Source: Anaerolineae bacterium
GTDB lineage: Bacteria; Chloroflexota; Anaerolineae; JAAYZQ01
DNA: 64,000 nt
Direction of reading: 5' to 3'
NCBI GenBank assembly: GCA_034428935.1
Contig: DAOUHB010000003.1
Span: 974-64,973 of the forward strand
Below are positions 8,354 to 19,230 of the stretch, one piece after another; position 1 is the first letter of the stretch; the number at the start of each line of letters is the position of its first letter. The position numbers and the translations under genes were made by a program. A model generated the notes under the pieces. It was given only the letters and a program-made list of their open reading frames with translations, was not told the DNA's origin and ran no database searches.

Positions 8354-9478
8354 TCAGACGTGGGCTCCTCCAACGCCGGGGGCGGCCCGCAGCAGCTCTT
8401 GCGCCGCCCCATAGGGGTCCAGCTCCCGGGCCACGATGCGGTCCACCAGGGCCCGCAGCCCGTCCGCCCGGCTCGAGGCCAGCACCGTGCGCAGCGCCTC
8501 CTGCTGGATGATGGTCTCCAGCTCGGCGGCGGCCCGCTCCCGCTCCCGCCACTCGAGGCGGCCGGTCTCTTTCAGGTGGGCGCGGTGGGCCAGGATGGCC
8601 GACGCCAGCTCGGGAATGCCCTCGCGGCGGGTGGCTACCGTTTTCTGGATGGGCGGCCGCCAGCGCTCCTCGCCATCTTTGCCCGCGGGCGGGTGCGTTC
8701 CCTCCCTGCCGCTCCGCCGCTCCTTCCCGCCCTGGACCACCTCCATCAGCCGCCCGTGGTGCATGACACTTGCGGTCCCGGCGGTGTCCAGGTCGAGCAT
8801 CATCCGCAGCGCCATGACGGCGTGGTCGGCGCCCTCCTGGTCGGCCTTGTTCACGGCAAAGACGTCGGCGATCTCCAGGATACCGGCCTTGATGGCCTGC
8901 ACGTCGTCGCCCAGGCCGGGCACCTCGACTACCACCGTGGTGTGCGCCGTCCGGGCGATATCCACTTCGGCCTGGCCGGCGCCCACCGTCTCGACGATGA
9001 CCAGGTCAAAGCCGGCGGCGTCCAGCACTTTGACGGCGTCGGCCGTGGCCCAGGCCAGGCCGCCCAGGTTGCCGCGGCTGGCCATGCTGCGGATAAAGAT
9101 ACCGGGGTCGCCCGACAGGTCCCGCATGCGGATGCGGTCGCCCAGGATTGCCCCACCCGTGAAGGGGCTGGTGGGATCCACGGCGATGATGCCGACCGAG
9201 CGGCCCGCGGGCTCCCCTTCGTGTCTTAAGTGCAGGGCAAGGGCGTTCACCAACGTGCTCTTGCCGCTGCCCGGCGGCCCGGTGACGCCCACAATGTGCG
9301 CGCGCCCCGTATGGGGATGGAGGGCGGCGAGCATCGCGTGGGCTTCCGCGCCGCCTCCCTCCACCAGGCTGATGGCCCGCGCCACGGCACGGCGCTTGCC
9401 GGCCAGCACGCCTTCCACCAACTCGCTCAACTCCCGTTCTCCCCTCTCCGCCATGCCCGGCTCTCTTGAGTCCGTCAA
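8354..9478 (-). CDS. meaB: methylmalonyl-CoA mutase-associated G-protein chaperone MeaB/ArgK
   Basis: It has the P-loop [18 protein letters not shown] and the NKAD motif. The TTG start overlaps the upstream stop (TTGA at 9475-9478). Confidence 0.9.
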   Translation of the reverse strand: MTDSREPGMAERGERELSELVEGVLAGKRRAVARAISLVEGGGAEAHAMLAALHPHTGRAHIVGVTGPPGSGKSTLVNALALHLRHEGEPAGRSVGIIAVDPTSPFTGGAILGDRIRMRDLSGDPGIFIRSMASRGNLGGLAWATADAVKVLDAAGFDLVIVETVGAGQAEVDIARTAHTTVVVEVPGLGDDVQAIKAGILEIADVFAVNKADQEGADHAVMALRMMLDLDTAGTASVMHHGRLMEVVQGGKERRSGREGTHPPAGKDGEERWRPPIQKTVATRREGIPELASAILAHRAHLKETGRLEWRERERAAAELETIIQQEALRTVLASSRADGLRALVDRIVARELDPYGAAQELLRAAPGVGGAHV

Positions 9479-9882
9479 GCCACGTTCTCGCGGATAAAAT
9501 CTACGATGGCGTCGGTCGGAGTGCCCGGGCCAAAGACGCCGCGGATGCCCATCTTTTGCAGCCGCTCCACGTCCTCGTCGGGAATGATGCCGCCCGCGAC
9601 GACGAGGACATCTTCCATGTCGTTCTCTCGCAGCAGCTCCATCACTCGAGGGAACAGGGCCAGGTGCGCCCCCGACAGGATGGACATGCCCACCACGTCC
9701 ACGTCCTCCTGAATCGCCGCCTCGGCAATCATCTCCGGCGTCTGGCGGATGCCGGTGTAGACCACCTCCATGCCCGCGTCGCGCAGCGCCCGGGCGATCA
9801 CCTTTGCCCCCCGGTCGTGACCATCCAGCCCCGGCTTGGCAACCAAAACTCTTATCTTTTTGTCTGACACTACTACCTCCAT
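9475..9882 (-). CDS. cobalamin-binding small subunit/domain of a split methylmalonyl-CoA mutase-type isomerase
   Basis: The sequence [36 protein letters not shown] carries the DxHxxG B12-binding signature. At 135 aa it has no catalytic barrel. Confidence 0.9.
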   Translation of the reverse strand: MEVVVSDKKIRVLVAKPGLDGHDRGAKVIARALRDAGMEVVYTGIRQTPEMIAEAAIQEDVDVVGMSILSGAHLALFPRVMELLRENDMEDVLVVAGGIIPDEDVERLQKMGIRGVFGPGTPTDAIVDFIRENVA

Positions 9883-9909
9883 GCTCGCGTTTGTTCAGGA
9901 AGTGCTACG

Positions 9910-10446
9910 CTAAATCGGTGCCATCACCATCCGGTCGCGGAGGCGCTTGACCATCAGCTCCTCTTCCCCCTGGATCCACTCTCCCAGGACCTCGCGCCAG
10001 ATGCGATGCAGTTCGGCAAAGGGCTTGGGCTCGTAGCCCTGCCCCTGGAGAAAGGTGCGCACCGTCCGGGGCGTCCAGGCGGGGAGCACCATGGCATTGG
10101 CCTCACACATCAGGACGCCTGCCTCGGCCTCGATAGCCTGCAAGAGCCTGCTGCCCGCCTCCTTCCGGTAGCGGGCTGGCGCCACGTGGAACAAGTCGGT
10201 GATGCACACCAGGTTTTCCACCTGCCAGGCGGCCACGCCCACCACGCCGCTGCCGCCGGTGGCCACCCACAGCCCCTTGCTAAAGAGCCATTCCATGGCC
10301 GTGGCCTCGTTCACGGCCAGGCGCGAGCGGCTCGACTTTTTCACGACCCGGACGATGGCTGCCAGGTCCTGGCGCCCTGCACGACGGACCTCGATGCTCT
10401 CGGCCCCCTCGATGCTCTCGGCCCCCTCGACCTCCTTGTCGCTCAC
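9910..10446 (-). CDS. GNAT-like acetyltransferase domain protein
   Basis: The protein is 178 aa with a GTG start after GAGGGGAG. The fold assignment rests on overall pattern only (weak). The N-terminus carries the duplicated hexapeptide EGAESIEGAESI. Confidence 0.5.
   Translation of the reverse strand: MSDKEVEGAESIEGAESIEVRRAGRQDLAAIVRVVKKSSRSRLAVNEATAMEWLFSKGLWVATGGSGVVGVAAWQVENLVCITDLFHVAPARYRKEAGSRLLQAIEAEAGVLMCEANAMVLPAWTPRTVRTFLQGQGYEPKPFAELHRIWREVLGEWIQGEEELMVKRLRDRMVMAPI
10390..10425. repeat. perfect 18-bp tandem duplication inside a CDS
   Basis: The unit ctcgatgctctcggcccc occurs twice (10390-10407 and 10408-10425) and encodes EGAESI twice on the minus strand. Confidence 0.9.
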
Positions 10447-10449
10447 CTG

Positions 10450-11061
10450 CTAGCTCCCCTCGTCGCCGCGTGGCAACTGCTCCCACGCTGCCTCCACCCG
10501 GGCGCGCAACTGCGCCAGGGTTCCATCGTTGACCAGCACCCGGTCGGCGAGGGCCGCCTTCTCCTCCTGGGGAGGCTGGGCGTCGACCCGGAGGGTCGCC
10601 TCGTCGTGGGTCATGCCGCGCTCACGCACCAGCCGCTCGATCTGCACCTTGCGGGGGGCCGTCACCACCCACAGCGCGTCGTAAGCCCGGTGCATGCCTG
10701 CCTCGATGAGCTTGATGGCCTCCACCAGCACCACGCCGGCCTCGGCCGCGGCAATGCGCCTGCCAACCTCCAGGAGAACCGCCGGGTGAACGGCGGCTTC
10801 CAGGCGGGCCAATGCCGCGGGATCGCGAAAGACAATGTCGCCCAACCGCCGGCGGTCGACGGTACCGCCCGGGTTGAGGATCTCCGGGCCAAAGGCATCC
10901 ACCACGGCGGCATAGGCCGCGCCGCCCGGCTCCATCACCTCGTGGGCTACCCGGTCGGCGTCGATGACAGCCGCTCCCAGGCTGGCCAGCATCCGCGCCA
11001 CGGCGCTCTTGCCGGTGGCAATGTTGCCCGTCAGGCCGATAAGCGTCCGCCGTGGGGTCAT
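10450..11061 (-). CDS. coaE: dephospho-CoA kinase
   Basis: The motif is IGLTGNIATGKSAVARML. The ATG at 11059-11061 overlaps the TGA of the upstream ABC-F gene (ATGA). Confidence 0.9.
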   Translation of the reverse strand: MTPRRTLIGLTGNIATGKSAVARMLASLGAAVIDADRVAHEVMEPGGAAYAAVVDAFGPEILNPGGTVDRRRLGDIVFRDPAALARLEAAVHPAVLLEVGRRIAAAEAGVVLVEAIKLIEAGMHRAYDALWVVTAPRKVQIERLVRERGMTHDEATLRVDAQPPQEEKAALADRVLVNDGTLAQLRARVEAAWEQLPRGDEGS

Positions 11062-12959
11062 CCTGCCAGCTCGGACCACAATTCGAGGCGCTCCTGGAGC
11101 TGGCCCTCGATCTCGCGGTAGAGGGTACCCAGCTCGTAGACGCGCATTGCCTCCTGCCTGGCGCTGGCCTCGCCGATCTCGTCCTGGAGCGCCTGCACCT
11201 GGTGCTCCAGGCGCTGGATCTCGGCTTCCAGCTCGGCCACCTGTTGCCGCCGCGCTTCCTCTTCCCGGCGGGCACGCTGTTGCTCGCGGCGGGCCTGGCG
11301 CTCGTCCACGGAACGCTTTTCATTCGATTCCTCGGGAGCGGGCTCTGGGTTCTGCCGGGTGCGGGCCTCCTGGTATTCGGCCCACGTGCCTTCGAACACC
11401 TCCAGTGCCCGCTCTTCCTCATTGATGATCCACAACTGGCTCGCCAGCCGGTCCACCAGGTAGCGGTCGTGGGTGACCAGCAGGATGGTGCCCGCGTACT
11501 CGTCAAGCACGCTCTCCAGGATCTCCTGGCTGGCAATGTCCAGGTGGTTCGTGGGCTCGTCGAGCAGTAGGAAATTGGCTCGCTCCAGGACGAGGCGGGC
11601 CAGTGCCACGCGGCTGCGCTCGCCGCCCGACAGGGAGCCGATGCGCTTGAACACGTCGTCGCCCCGGAACAAGAAGCGCGCGAGAAAGTTCCGCGCCTCG
11701 GCCAGGGGCAGATTCTTGACCTCTAGCACCGCGTCCAGGGGCGTTTTGTCCGGATCCAGGTCGCTGTGCACCTGCGCGAAATAGCCGATCTTCAGGCTGG
11801 CACCCAGGCGGGCGTAACCGGCCAGGGGCGCCACCTGGCCGAGCAGGGTCTTGAGCAGGGTCGTCTTGCCCGAGCCGTTGGGCCCCAGCAGGGCGACGCA
11901 TTTGCCCCGGCGCAAGTCGAGGTCGGGACAATGAAAGAGGGGGTCCTCCCGCTCGTAGCCCACCACCAGGTCCTGGGTCCAGAGCACCTTGTCGCCGCTG
12001 CGCAGAGGGTCCTGAAAGCGCAGGCTGATGGTCTGCTCCTCTCGCGGGCGTTCCAGGAGTTCCTGCTCTTTGAAACGCTCCAGCCGCTTCAGGCGGCCCT
12101 TGGCCTGCCGGTGCAACTGCCCGGCAATGTTGCGCTGGATAAAGTCCTCTTGCCTGGCGATCATCTCTTGCTGGGCCTGGTATTCCCTCGCCAGGCGTTC
12201 CCGGCGCTCTAGCCGCTGCAGCGTATAGTGCGAGTAGTTTCCGCCATAGACCTCGATCTGCCCGAAAGCCAGCTCCCACACCTTGCGCACGACGCGGTCC
12301 ATGAAATAGCGGTCGTGGGCCACCAGGATCACGGTGCCCTCCCACGTGTTCAGGTAGCCTTCCAGCCACTCGATGGCCTGCAAATCCAGGTGGTTCGTGG
12401 GCTCATCGAGGAGCAGCAAGTCGGGCGACTCCAGGAGCAGGCGAGCCAGAGATGCTCGCGTCTTTTGCCCGCCGCTCAGGTGGGCCACGGGCAGATCGTG
12501 CTCCTCCGTAGGAAAGCCCAGGCCCATGAGCACGTGGCGGGCACGGTCCTGGTAGGTGTAGCCGCCCTGGGCCTCAAAGCGCTCTCGCAGGGGGGCATAG
12601 GCCTCCAGCGCTTCCTGGGCGGCGGCCGGGTTGGCCATCTGGACCTCCAGGTCGTGCAGGCGGGCCTCCATGGCCCGCAGCGGCTCGAAGACAGCCATGA
12701 TCTCTTGCCATAGCGAGCCGTCGCCCTCCAGGCTGGCGCCCTGGGGCAGGTAGCCGATGCGCAGCCCCTTGGCGCGGTGCACCCGGCCGCTGGTCGGCTC
12801 CTCCAATCCGGCAAGGAGGCGCAGCAGCGTGGTCTTGCCCGTGCCGTTGGCTCCCACCAATGCGATGCGATCGCCGCGCGCCACGCTGCACGATACGTCC
12901 CAGAACAGGTCTTGGGGGCCGTAAGATTTGGCCAGTTGTTCCACAATGACGACAGACAT
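11058..12959 (-). CDS. ABC-F family ATPase (two ABC cassettes plus a charged coiled-coil tail)
   Basis: It has two Walker A sites (GANGTGKTT, GPNGSGKTT), two LSGG signatures and no TM segments. Confidence 0.9.
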   Translation of the reverse strand: MSVVIVEQLAKSYGPQDLFWDVSCSVARGDRIALVGANGTGKTTLLRLLAGLEEPTSGRVHRAKGLRIGYLPQGASLEGDGSLWQEIMAVFEPLRAMEARLHDLEVQMANPAAAQEALEAYAPLRERFEAQGGYTYQDRARHVLMGLGFPTEEHDLPVAHLSGGQKTRASLARLLLESPDLLLLDEPTNHLDLQAIEWLEGYLNTWEGTVILVAHDRYFMDRVVRKVWELAFGQIEVYGGNYSHYTLQRLERRERLAREYQAQQEMIARQEDFIQRNIAGQLHRQAKGRLKRLERFKEQELLERPREEQTISLRFQDPLRSGDKVLWTQDLVVGYEREDPLFHCPDLDLRRGKCVALLGPNGSGKTTLLKTLLGQVAPLAGYARLGASLKIGYFAQVHSDLDPDKTPLDAVLEVKNLPLAEARNFLARFLFRGDDVFKRIGSLSGGERSRVALARLVLERANFLLLDEPTNHLDIASQEILESVLDEYAGTILLVTHDRYLVDRLASQLWIINEEERALEVFEGTWAEYQEARTRQNPEPAPEESNEKRSVDERQARREQQRARREEEARRQQVAELEAEIQRLEHQVQALQDEIGEASARQEAMRVYELGTLYREIEGQLQERLELWSELAG

Positions 12960-13142
12960 CGAATCCGTTTCTCCAGTCGGCCATTATTATACCATACGGC
13001 GCAAAGGATACAACTTGTCTGCGGTCTCTTGCCCCGGCGCGTACCGTCATTGGACAGGACTTGACGGTTTTTCGGAACTATAGGGATGGCAGAGGGCGAT
13101 AAACCGCGCCGGGCTTTATCCGCAGTGCAAATGCTGTCCAGA

Positions 13143-13940
13143 TCAGGGCGGAAAAGGCAGAGGGGAGGTCCAGAGGGTCGGATCGACGCCCTGCTCCTGG
13201 AGATAGGCTTGGCCCACCAGCAAGAGGTAGAGCAAAATGGTGGCCAGGGTGTTGTTCAAGGCATGGATGGCGATGGCGACCCACAGCGAGCGGGTGTATT
13301 CGTAGGCCAGGGCCAGGGCGATGCCGATGACAAAGCTGGCCGCGACGACTCCCAGCGCGTCGATATGGCCGAAGGCAAAGACCAGCGAGCTGATGGCGAC
13401 CGCCGCCGGGATGCCGAGCCGCTGCCGCAGTGCGGTGTAGAAAAAGCCCCGGAAAAAGAGCTCTTCGGCCACAGGAGCGAAAACGCCGGCCCCCAGCAGT
13501 GTGACGATAAAGTGGGTCCATGACAGCTCGCTGCCCAGGAGCAGTCCGAGGCGCTCCTGCATCCCTTCCAGCCCGCCTCCCAACCACTGCTGCACGAGGA
13601 CGCCAATGATCCCTCGCAGTGGTAGAAGGACGATGGTGATACCGGCGACCAGCAGCAGCCACCACCACTGCCATCTTGGCGGCGCAATCCCCAACTGGGC
13701 CCAGGTCAGCTTGCCCGGCCACAGCGCCAACAAGAAGGTTCCCCCGGCGAAAAAGAGAACGTTCAGAGTGTCGGCCTGGAGCATGTATGGCACCGAACCC
13801 TCACTCAAGAACCCGCGCTGAACGACCAGTGCAACGCCCAGGCCCGCGGCAAAGAACAGACCCATGACCAGCAGCGGGTAGAGCACGAGCTGAAGACGGC
13901 TGAAGGAAGCTTGTTTTGGCCCGGCGCTGTGTTCGTTCAT
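13143..13940 (-). CDS. CPBP (CAAX) family intramembrane glutamic endopeptidase
   Basis: It has the motifs EELFFRGFFY, FAFGHID and HALNN, and is multi-TM. The start is at ATG 13938-13940 (MNEHSAG). Confidence 0.8.
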   Translation of the reverse strand: MNEHSAGPKQASFSRLQLVLYPLLVMGLFFAAGLGVALVVQRGFLSEGSVPYMLQADTLNVLFFAGGTFLLALWPGKLTWAQLGIAPPRWQWWWLLLVAGITIVLLPLRGIIGVLVQQWLGGGLEGMQERLGLLLGSELSWTHFIVTLLGAGVFAPVAEELFFRGFFYTALRQRLGIPAAVAISSLVFAFGHIDALGVVAASFVIGIALALAYEYTRSLWVAIAIHALNNTLATILLYLLLVGQAYLQEQGVDPTLWTSPLPFPP

Positions 13941-14177
13941 GGCAAATCCTTTCTCGCCAATTATACCATTGCTTGTTCGCGATGACCAGATCGGTTCCGG
14001 CCCTACTGGCTCGGCTGCAACTCCTCTTGCACAGCCCGCATGATAGCGCAGTTGACCGCCTGTGCGTTTTGGCCTATAATGGGGCCAGATCATTGGCCGG
14101 CTATGGCATCGCACTGCAGCTCCCTGCCGGTACCACCCCATGCGTGCAGGGCATATCGCCCTGACAGGAGGACAAGC

Positions 14178-14414
14178 GTGATACGTCTGACCGACAGTGA
14201 ATCCGGCAAACCCATCGGCACCATCAGCGAGGCGCAGCTCGAGGTCTTACAGGCCCAGCTCGAAGAAGAGGACAGCGGCGACCAGGACTATTACATCGAC
14301 ACCGGCACCCTCGTTTGGTTCGAGAGCGAGGACATTGATGCCACCCTCACGGCGCTGCTGCGCCAGGCCCTGGGCACCCGCGAGGGCATGGAGATCCGCT
14401 GGACAAGGGACTAG
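14178..14414 (+). CDS. small acidic hypothetical protein (78 aa)
   Basis: GTG 14178 lies 5 nt after AGGAGGA. The sequence VIRLTDSESGKPIGTISEAQLEVLQAQLEEEDSGDQDYY... is compositionally coherent. Confidence 0.5.
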   Translation: MIRLTDSESGKPIGTISEAQLEVLQAQLEEEDSGDQDYYIDTGTLVWFESEDIDATLTALLRQALGTREGMEIRWTRD

Positions 14415-14496
14415 GTTGTCCTGGCATGCCCGGCGGTCTTGATCGCGCCGGGCGAACGTGGTACAATAGCGGCAGCATAGGAGCGAGGAGAAGCGG

Positions 14497-15351
14497 ATGG
14501 AGCATTTCGAAGGCACGTTTCACGGGGATGGGGGCATCGAGTTGTACTACCAAGGTTGGTGCCCGCAGGGCACCCCCAGGGCGACCCTGGCCATCGTTCA
14601 TGGCTTTGGCGAGCACAGTGGGCGCTATGGCAACGTCGTGAATTGGTTCGTGCCCCGCGGCTATGCCGCCTATGCCTTTGACGTGCGGGGCAATGGCCGC
14701 TCGCCCGGCCCCCGCGGCTACGTCGGCCGCTTCGAGGAGTATCGGGAGGACCTGAGGGCCTTTCTCGACCTCGTCCGCGGCATTCAGCCCGACGGGCCTC
14801 TGTTCCTGCTGGGCCACAGCCAGGGCGGCCTCATCGTCCTGAACCATGTGCTCCACGACCCTTCGGGGATCGACGCCGTGGTGGCCTCTTCGCCGGCCCT
14901 GGGCCGCCTGCCCGTCTCGCCGTTTCTCCTCGTCCTGGCCCGAGCCCTGTCCCGGGTCTGGCCGACCTTTCGCCTGGCCACGGGGCTGGACGTCACCGCC
15001 CTGTCTCGCGACGAATCGGTGGTGCAGGCCTACGTCGCGGATCCCCTGGTGCACAACATGGGCACGCCGCGCCTGGGCACCGAGTTAATGGCGGCCATCG
15101 AGTGGACCCAGGTCCACGCCGCCGACCTGTCGCTGCCCTGCCTCATCGTGCATGGCACCGACGATCGGATCTGCCCCTGCGAGGCAAGCCAGGCCTTTTT
15201 CGAGCGCTGCACTTGCGCCGGCAAGGAGCGCCTTATCTACGAGGGCGGCTATCACGAGTTGTTCAACGACCTCGACGGGGAGCGGGTCCTGGCCGACGTG
15301 CAAGCCTGGCTGGAGAGCCACCTGGAGCCAGGTGGCGGCCGCGTGGACTAG
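14497..15351 (+). CDS. alpha/beta hydrolase (lysophospholipase/monoacylglycerol-lipase-like)
   Basis: It has HGFGEHSGRY and the nucleophile elbow GHSQGG. Confidence 0.85.
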   Translation: MEHFEGTFHGDGGIELYYQGWCPQGTPRATLAIVHGFGEHSGRYGNVVNWFVPRGYAAYAFDVRGNGRSPGPRGYVGRFEEYREDLRAFLDLVRGIQPDGPLFLLGHSQGGLIVLNHVLHDPSGIDAVVASSPALGRLPVSPFLLVLARALSRVWPTFRLATGLDVTALSRDESVVQAYVADPLVHNMGTPRLGTELMAAIEWTQVHAADLSLPCLIVHGTDDRICPCEASQAFFERCTCAGKERLIYEGGYHELFNDLDGERVLADVQAWLESHLEPGGGRVD

Positions 15352-15354
15352 CCC

Positions 15355-16479
15355 ATGTTCGAAAGCCGCTCGCAGATCACCGGGCAGCAGCGCGAGAGGC
15401 GGCTGCCAGCCCTGGCCTTGTCGTGGCTCTTGCTTGTGGCTGCGGCTCTGGCGGCGCTGTCGTGTACGGCAGCCGGCGACGGGAACGCGACTGTTTCGGC
15501 AGCCACACAGACGGCGCCGGCGGCGACCCTGGCCCCCTCGGTCACCCCGGTTCCGCCGGCCCCCAGCCCCACCGTGCTCGCGCCCTCGCCCGGTGCCGCG
15601 CCGACGCGGGCCGCCACGGCTACCCGCCTGCCTTCCCCCACCACGAGCCCGACCCGCCCGGCTGCCTCGCCGGAAGTCAGCCCTACCGTGGTGTCTCCCG
15701 TCTATGCCTGCCCGCCCACCATCGTGCCCGGCGAGACGCCCGTCTACCGCTACCGTGTCCTGGCCACCTATCCCCATGACGAGACTGCCTTTACCCAGGG
15801 CCTGGTCTATACGGACGGCATTTTTTACGAGGGCACGGGGCTCTACGGCCGCTCCAGCCTGCGCCGGGTAGAGCCCGAAACGGGGGAGGTGTTGCAGATC
15901 TACCGGCTGCCGGCCCAGTATTTTGGCGAGGGGATTGCCCTCCACGGCCGGCGCATCCTGCAATTGACGTGGCAGCCTGTGGCAGGCCAAGATACCGCCG
16001 GTTTTGTCTACGACCGGGACAGTTTTGAGCTGCTGGACACGTTCTTCTATCCCACCGAAGGCTGGGGCCTGACCCACGACGGCACGCGCTTTATCATGAG
16101 CGACGGCACGGCGACGCTGCACTTCTGGGATCTCGAGACCCTGGAAGAGATCGGGCAGGTCCTGGTGCACGATGAGATAGGCCCCGTCCCCTGCCTGAAT
16201 GAGTTGGAGTACGTCCAGGGGCAGGTGTATGCTAACGTCTGGCAGACGGACTATGTGGCCGTCATCGACCCGGCAACCGGGAGCGTGACGGCATGGATCG
16301 ACCTGGCGGGGCTGCTGGAGAGCGCGGGACCGGCCCCTTCCGCCGACGTGCTGAACGGTATAGCCCACGACGTCGAGGGTGAGCGCCTGTTCGTCACGGG
16401 CAAGCTTTGGCCCTGGCTGTTCGAGATCGAGCTGATCGAGCCCTCCGCGCGGATCCATCTGCCGCTCATCGGGGGGTAG
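15355..16479 (+). CDS. secreted glutaminyl-peptide cyclotransferase (beta-propeller type) with a Pro/Thr/Ala-rich linker
   Basis: The domain sequence is YPHDETAFTQGLVYTDGIFYEGTGLYGRSSLRRVEPETGEV. The N-terminus has a signal and possible lipobox (LAALSC). Confidence 0.85.
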   Translation: MFESRSQITGQQRERRLPALALSWLLLVAAALAALSCTAAGDGNATVSAATQTAPAATLAPSVTPVPPAPSPTVLAPSPGAAPTRAATATRLPSPTTSPTRPAASPEVSPTVVSPVYACPPTIVPGETPVYRYRVLATYPHDETAFTQGLVYTDGIFYEGTGLYGRSSLRRVEPETGEVLQIYRLPAQYFGEGIALHGRRILQLTWQPVAGQDTAGFVYDRDSFELLDTFFYPTEGWGLTHDGTRFIMSDGTATLHFWDLETLEEIGQVLVHDEIGPVPCLNELEYVQGQVYANVWQTDYVAVIDPATGSVTAWIDLAGLLESAGPAPSADVLNGIAHDVEGERLFVTGKLWPWLFEIELIEPSARIHLPLIGG

Positions 16480-16506
16480 GCCGGGGTGGTCCATCGGTTG
16501 CTGCCT

Positions 16507-16535
16507 TTGCTCTGCCTTGTGTTTTCCGGTATAAT
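16507..16535 (+). promoter_or_regulatory. sigma-70-like promoter candidate (TTGCTC-17-TATAAT)
   Basis: The hexamers and the 17-nt spacer were counted by hand. It lies about 135 nt upstream of the 16670 start. Confidence 0.4.
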
Positions 16536-16669
16536 TGAGGGCAGGGCAAGTCGTTCATGAGTTCACCGCGGGGCGCAGGGTGCTGCTCTCCCGCAGAAGA
16601 ATATCGGGCGGTATGATCGTCGTGTAGCCAAGACGCGCAACTCAGCCTGGTCCACGAGAGGGGAAAACG

Positions 16670-19165
16670 ATGAAAGCTGTTGTGATGGCTGGCGGTGAAG
16701 GCTCTCGCTTGCGGCCCCTGACCATCGGTCGCCCCAAGCCAATGGTTCCCTTGGTGGCCAAGCCTGTCATGGGCCACATCCTCGATCTGCTGAAACGCCA
16801 CGGCATCACCGAAGTCGTGGTGACCCTACACTTTATGCCCGAGGCCATCCAGAGCTACTTTGGCAGCGGTACCAGCATGGGGATGCACATCAACTATGCC
16901 ATCGAGGAGACACCCCTGGGCACGGCCGGCAGCGTGAAGAACGCCCAGGAATTCCTGGACGAGCCCTTTATCATCATCAGCGGCGACGCCGTCACCGATA
17001 TCAACCTCCAGCAGGTCATCGACTTTCACCAGTCGAATAAGGCCGAGGCCACGCTGACCCTTTACCGCGTGCCCAACCCCCTGGAGTACGGCGTGATCAT
17101 CACCGACGCCGACGGCAAGATCTCCCAGTTCCTGGAAAAGCCATCCTGGGGCGAGGTCATCTCGGACACGGTGAACACCGGCATCTATGTCGTCGAGCCC
17201 CAGGTGCTGGACCTCATTCCGGAGGGAGTGCCGACCGACTGGAGCAAGGACGTGTTTCCGCAGATGCTCCAGGAGGGCCGGCCGCTCTACGGCTACATCG
17301 CCGGCGGCAACTGGACCGACATCGGCGACATTGCCGAGTACATGCGCGCCACGGGCGACGCCCTCCACCGCCGCGTCCAGACAGAGGACCCCGGTCAGCA
17401 CATCGGTGGCGACGTTTGGGTGGGCAACGGAGTCGAGATCGCCCCCGATGCCCAGCTCTACGGCCCCATCTACCTGGGCGATGAGGTCAAGGTCAAGGGC
17501 GGCGTGATCATCCACGGGCCGACGGTCATCCGCGATTATACGATCATTGACAACCGGGCCCACATCGACCGGACGATCATCTGGCGCAACTGCTACATCG
17601 GCGAGGGAGCCGAAATCCGAGGCGCCATCGTCTGCCGCCAGTGCACGGTCAAGAGCAAGGCCGTGCTCTTCGAGGGTGTCGTCATCGGCGACAGCTCCAT
17701 TGTCGGCGAGGGCGCCGTGGTGCACGCCAGCGTCAAAGTCTGGCCCGAAAAAGAGATCGAGCCGGGCGCCACCGTCAAGACGAGCATCATCTGGGGCGCC
17801 CGCGGCCGGCGCATCCTCTTCGGGCGCTTTGGCGTCACCGGCGTGGTCAACGTCGACCTGACGCCCGAGTTTGCGGCCAGGCTGGGTGCGGCCTTTGGCG
17901 CCACGCTGCCCAAGGCCAGCACCGTCACTATCAACCGCGACCCCCACCGCAGCCCGCGCATGATCAAGCGGGCCGTCATCTCCGGCCTGCCCTCGTCGGG
18001 CATCCACGCTCACGACCTGCGCTCCATGCCCATTCCCGTGGCGCGCTATTATACGCGGGCCAGCGGGGCTGCCGGCGGAGTCCACGTCCGCCTGTCGCCC
18101 TTTGACCGGCGCGTGGTGGACATCCGCTTCTTTGACGGTCAGGGCCGCAACCTGAGCAAAAACGCCGAGCGCAACATCGAGCGCGTTTTCTTTCGGGAGG
18201 ACTTTCGCCGCGTTTACCTGGACGACATCGGGACCATCGAATATGCGCCCCAGGTGGTCGAGACCTACGTTCGGGACTTTTTGCAGGTCGTCGACGCCGA
18301 GGCCATCCGCCGTGCCCATTTTCGCATCGTCGTAGACTATGCCTTTGCCCCCACGGGCGAGGTCCTGCCCCAGATCCTGAGCCAGTTGGGCGTGGAAGTG
18401 GTGCCCCTCGCATCCAACGTCGAGGGCGACAAGATGTCCCTTTCCCAGCAAGAGTTCGAAAAAGAGCTGCGGGAAGTGACCTTGATCACCGGCGTGCTGG
18501 ATGCTCAGTTGGGCGTGCGCCTCGATGTGGGCGGCGAAAAGATCTTTTTGGTGGATCATCACGGCCAGTACGTGCCCGAGACGGCGGCCGCGGGGGCCAT
18601 GGCCGAGCTGGCCCTGCGCTCGAGCCCCGGGGGCACCATCGTCGTGCCGGTTCACATGCCCAGCCTCTTTGATCGCGTCGCCGCGGCCCACGGGGGACAC
18701 GTGCTGCGCAGCAAGGTGGACTCGCACGACCTCATGAACGCGGCGGCTCGCGAGGGCGTCATCCTGGCCGCAGACGGCGGCGGCAACTATATCTTTCCCG
18801 AATTTCAACCGGCCATCGACGGCCTCATGGCCACCGTCAAGCTGCTGGAGTTCCTGGCCCGGCAGCAGACCTCCCTGGCCGACGTCGTGGCCTCGTTGCC
18901 GCCCTACCACATGAGCCATAGCGTCGTCTCCTGCCCGTGGGAGGCCAAGGGGCGCGTAATGCGCCTGCTGAACCAGCAGTATAAGGACCGCCGCGCCGAG
19001 CTCATCGACGGCATCAAGATCCTCCTCGGCGAGGACGAATGGGTTCTGATCCTGCCCGATCCCGATTTCCCGCGCTTTCACATCCATACCGAGGCGCGCG
19101 ACAGCGCCGAGGCCAAAGATCTCGCCGATCGGTACGTGCGCATCGTGGAGGGCCTGCAGGGCTAG
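16670..19165 (+). CDS. fusion of a sugar-1-phosphate nucleotidyltransferase, a left-handed beta-helix and a phosphomannomutase/phosphoglucomutase-like module
   Basis: The N-terminus is [27 protein letters not shown]. Hexapeptide repeats span about residues 270-360. The C-terminal 450 aa are PGM/PMM-like. Confidence 0.88.
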   Translation: MKAVVMAGGEGSRLRPLTIGRPKPMVPLVAKPVMGHILDLLKRHGITEVVVTLHFMPEAIQSYFGSGTSMGMHINYAIEETPLGTAGSVKNAQEFLDEPFIIISGDAVTDINLQQVIDFHQSNKAEATLTLYRVPNPLEYGVIITDADGKISQFLEKPSWGEVISDTVNTGIYVVEPQVLDLIPEGVPTDWSKDVFPQMLQEGRPLYGYIAGGNWTDIGDIAEYMRATGDALHRRVQTEDPGQHIGGDVWVGNGVEIAPDAQLYGPIYLGDEVKVKGGVIIHGPTVIRDYTIIDNRAHIDRTIIWRNCYIGEGAEIRGAIVCRQCTVKSKAVLFEGVVIGDSSIVGEGAVVHASVKVWPEKEIEPGATVKTSIIWGARGRRILFGRFGVTGVVNVDLTPEFAARLGAAFGATLPKASTVTINRDPHRSPRMIKRAVISGLPSSGIHAHDLRSMPIPVARYYTRASGAAGGVHVRLSPFDRRVVDIRFFDGQGRNLSKNAERNIERVFFREDFRRVYLDDIGTIEYAPQVVETYVRDFLQVVDAEAIRRAHFRIVVDYAFAPTGEVLPQILSQLGVEVVPLASNVEGDKMSLSQQEFEKELREVTLITGVLDAQLGVRLDVGGEKIFLVDHHGQYVPETAAAGAMAELALRSSPGGTIVVPVHMPSLFDRVAAAHGGHVLRSKVDSHDLMNAAAREGVILAADGGGNYIFPEFQPAIDGLMATVKLLEFLARQQTSLADVVASLPPYHMSHSVVSCPWEAKGRVMRLLNQQYKDRRAELIDGIKILLGEDEWVLILPDPDFPRFHIHTEARDSAEAKDLADRYVRIVEGLQG

Positions 19166-19230
19166 CGCGCACCGCCGGCGCCGAGGTCGCGGGGGCCACA
19201 GCGGATTCCCGCGGCGATCATGGAGGATCC

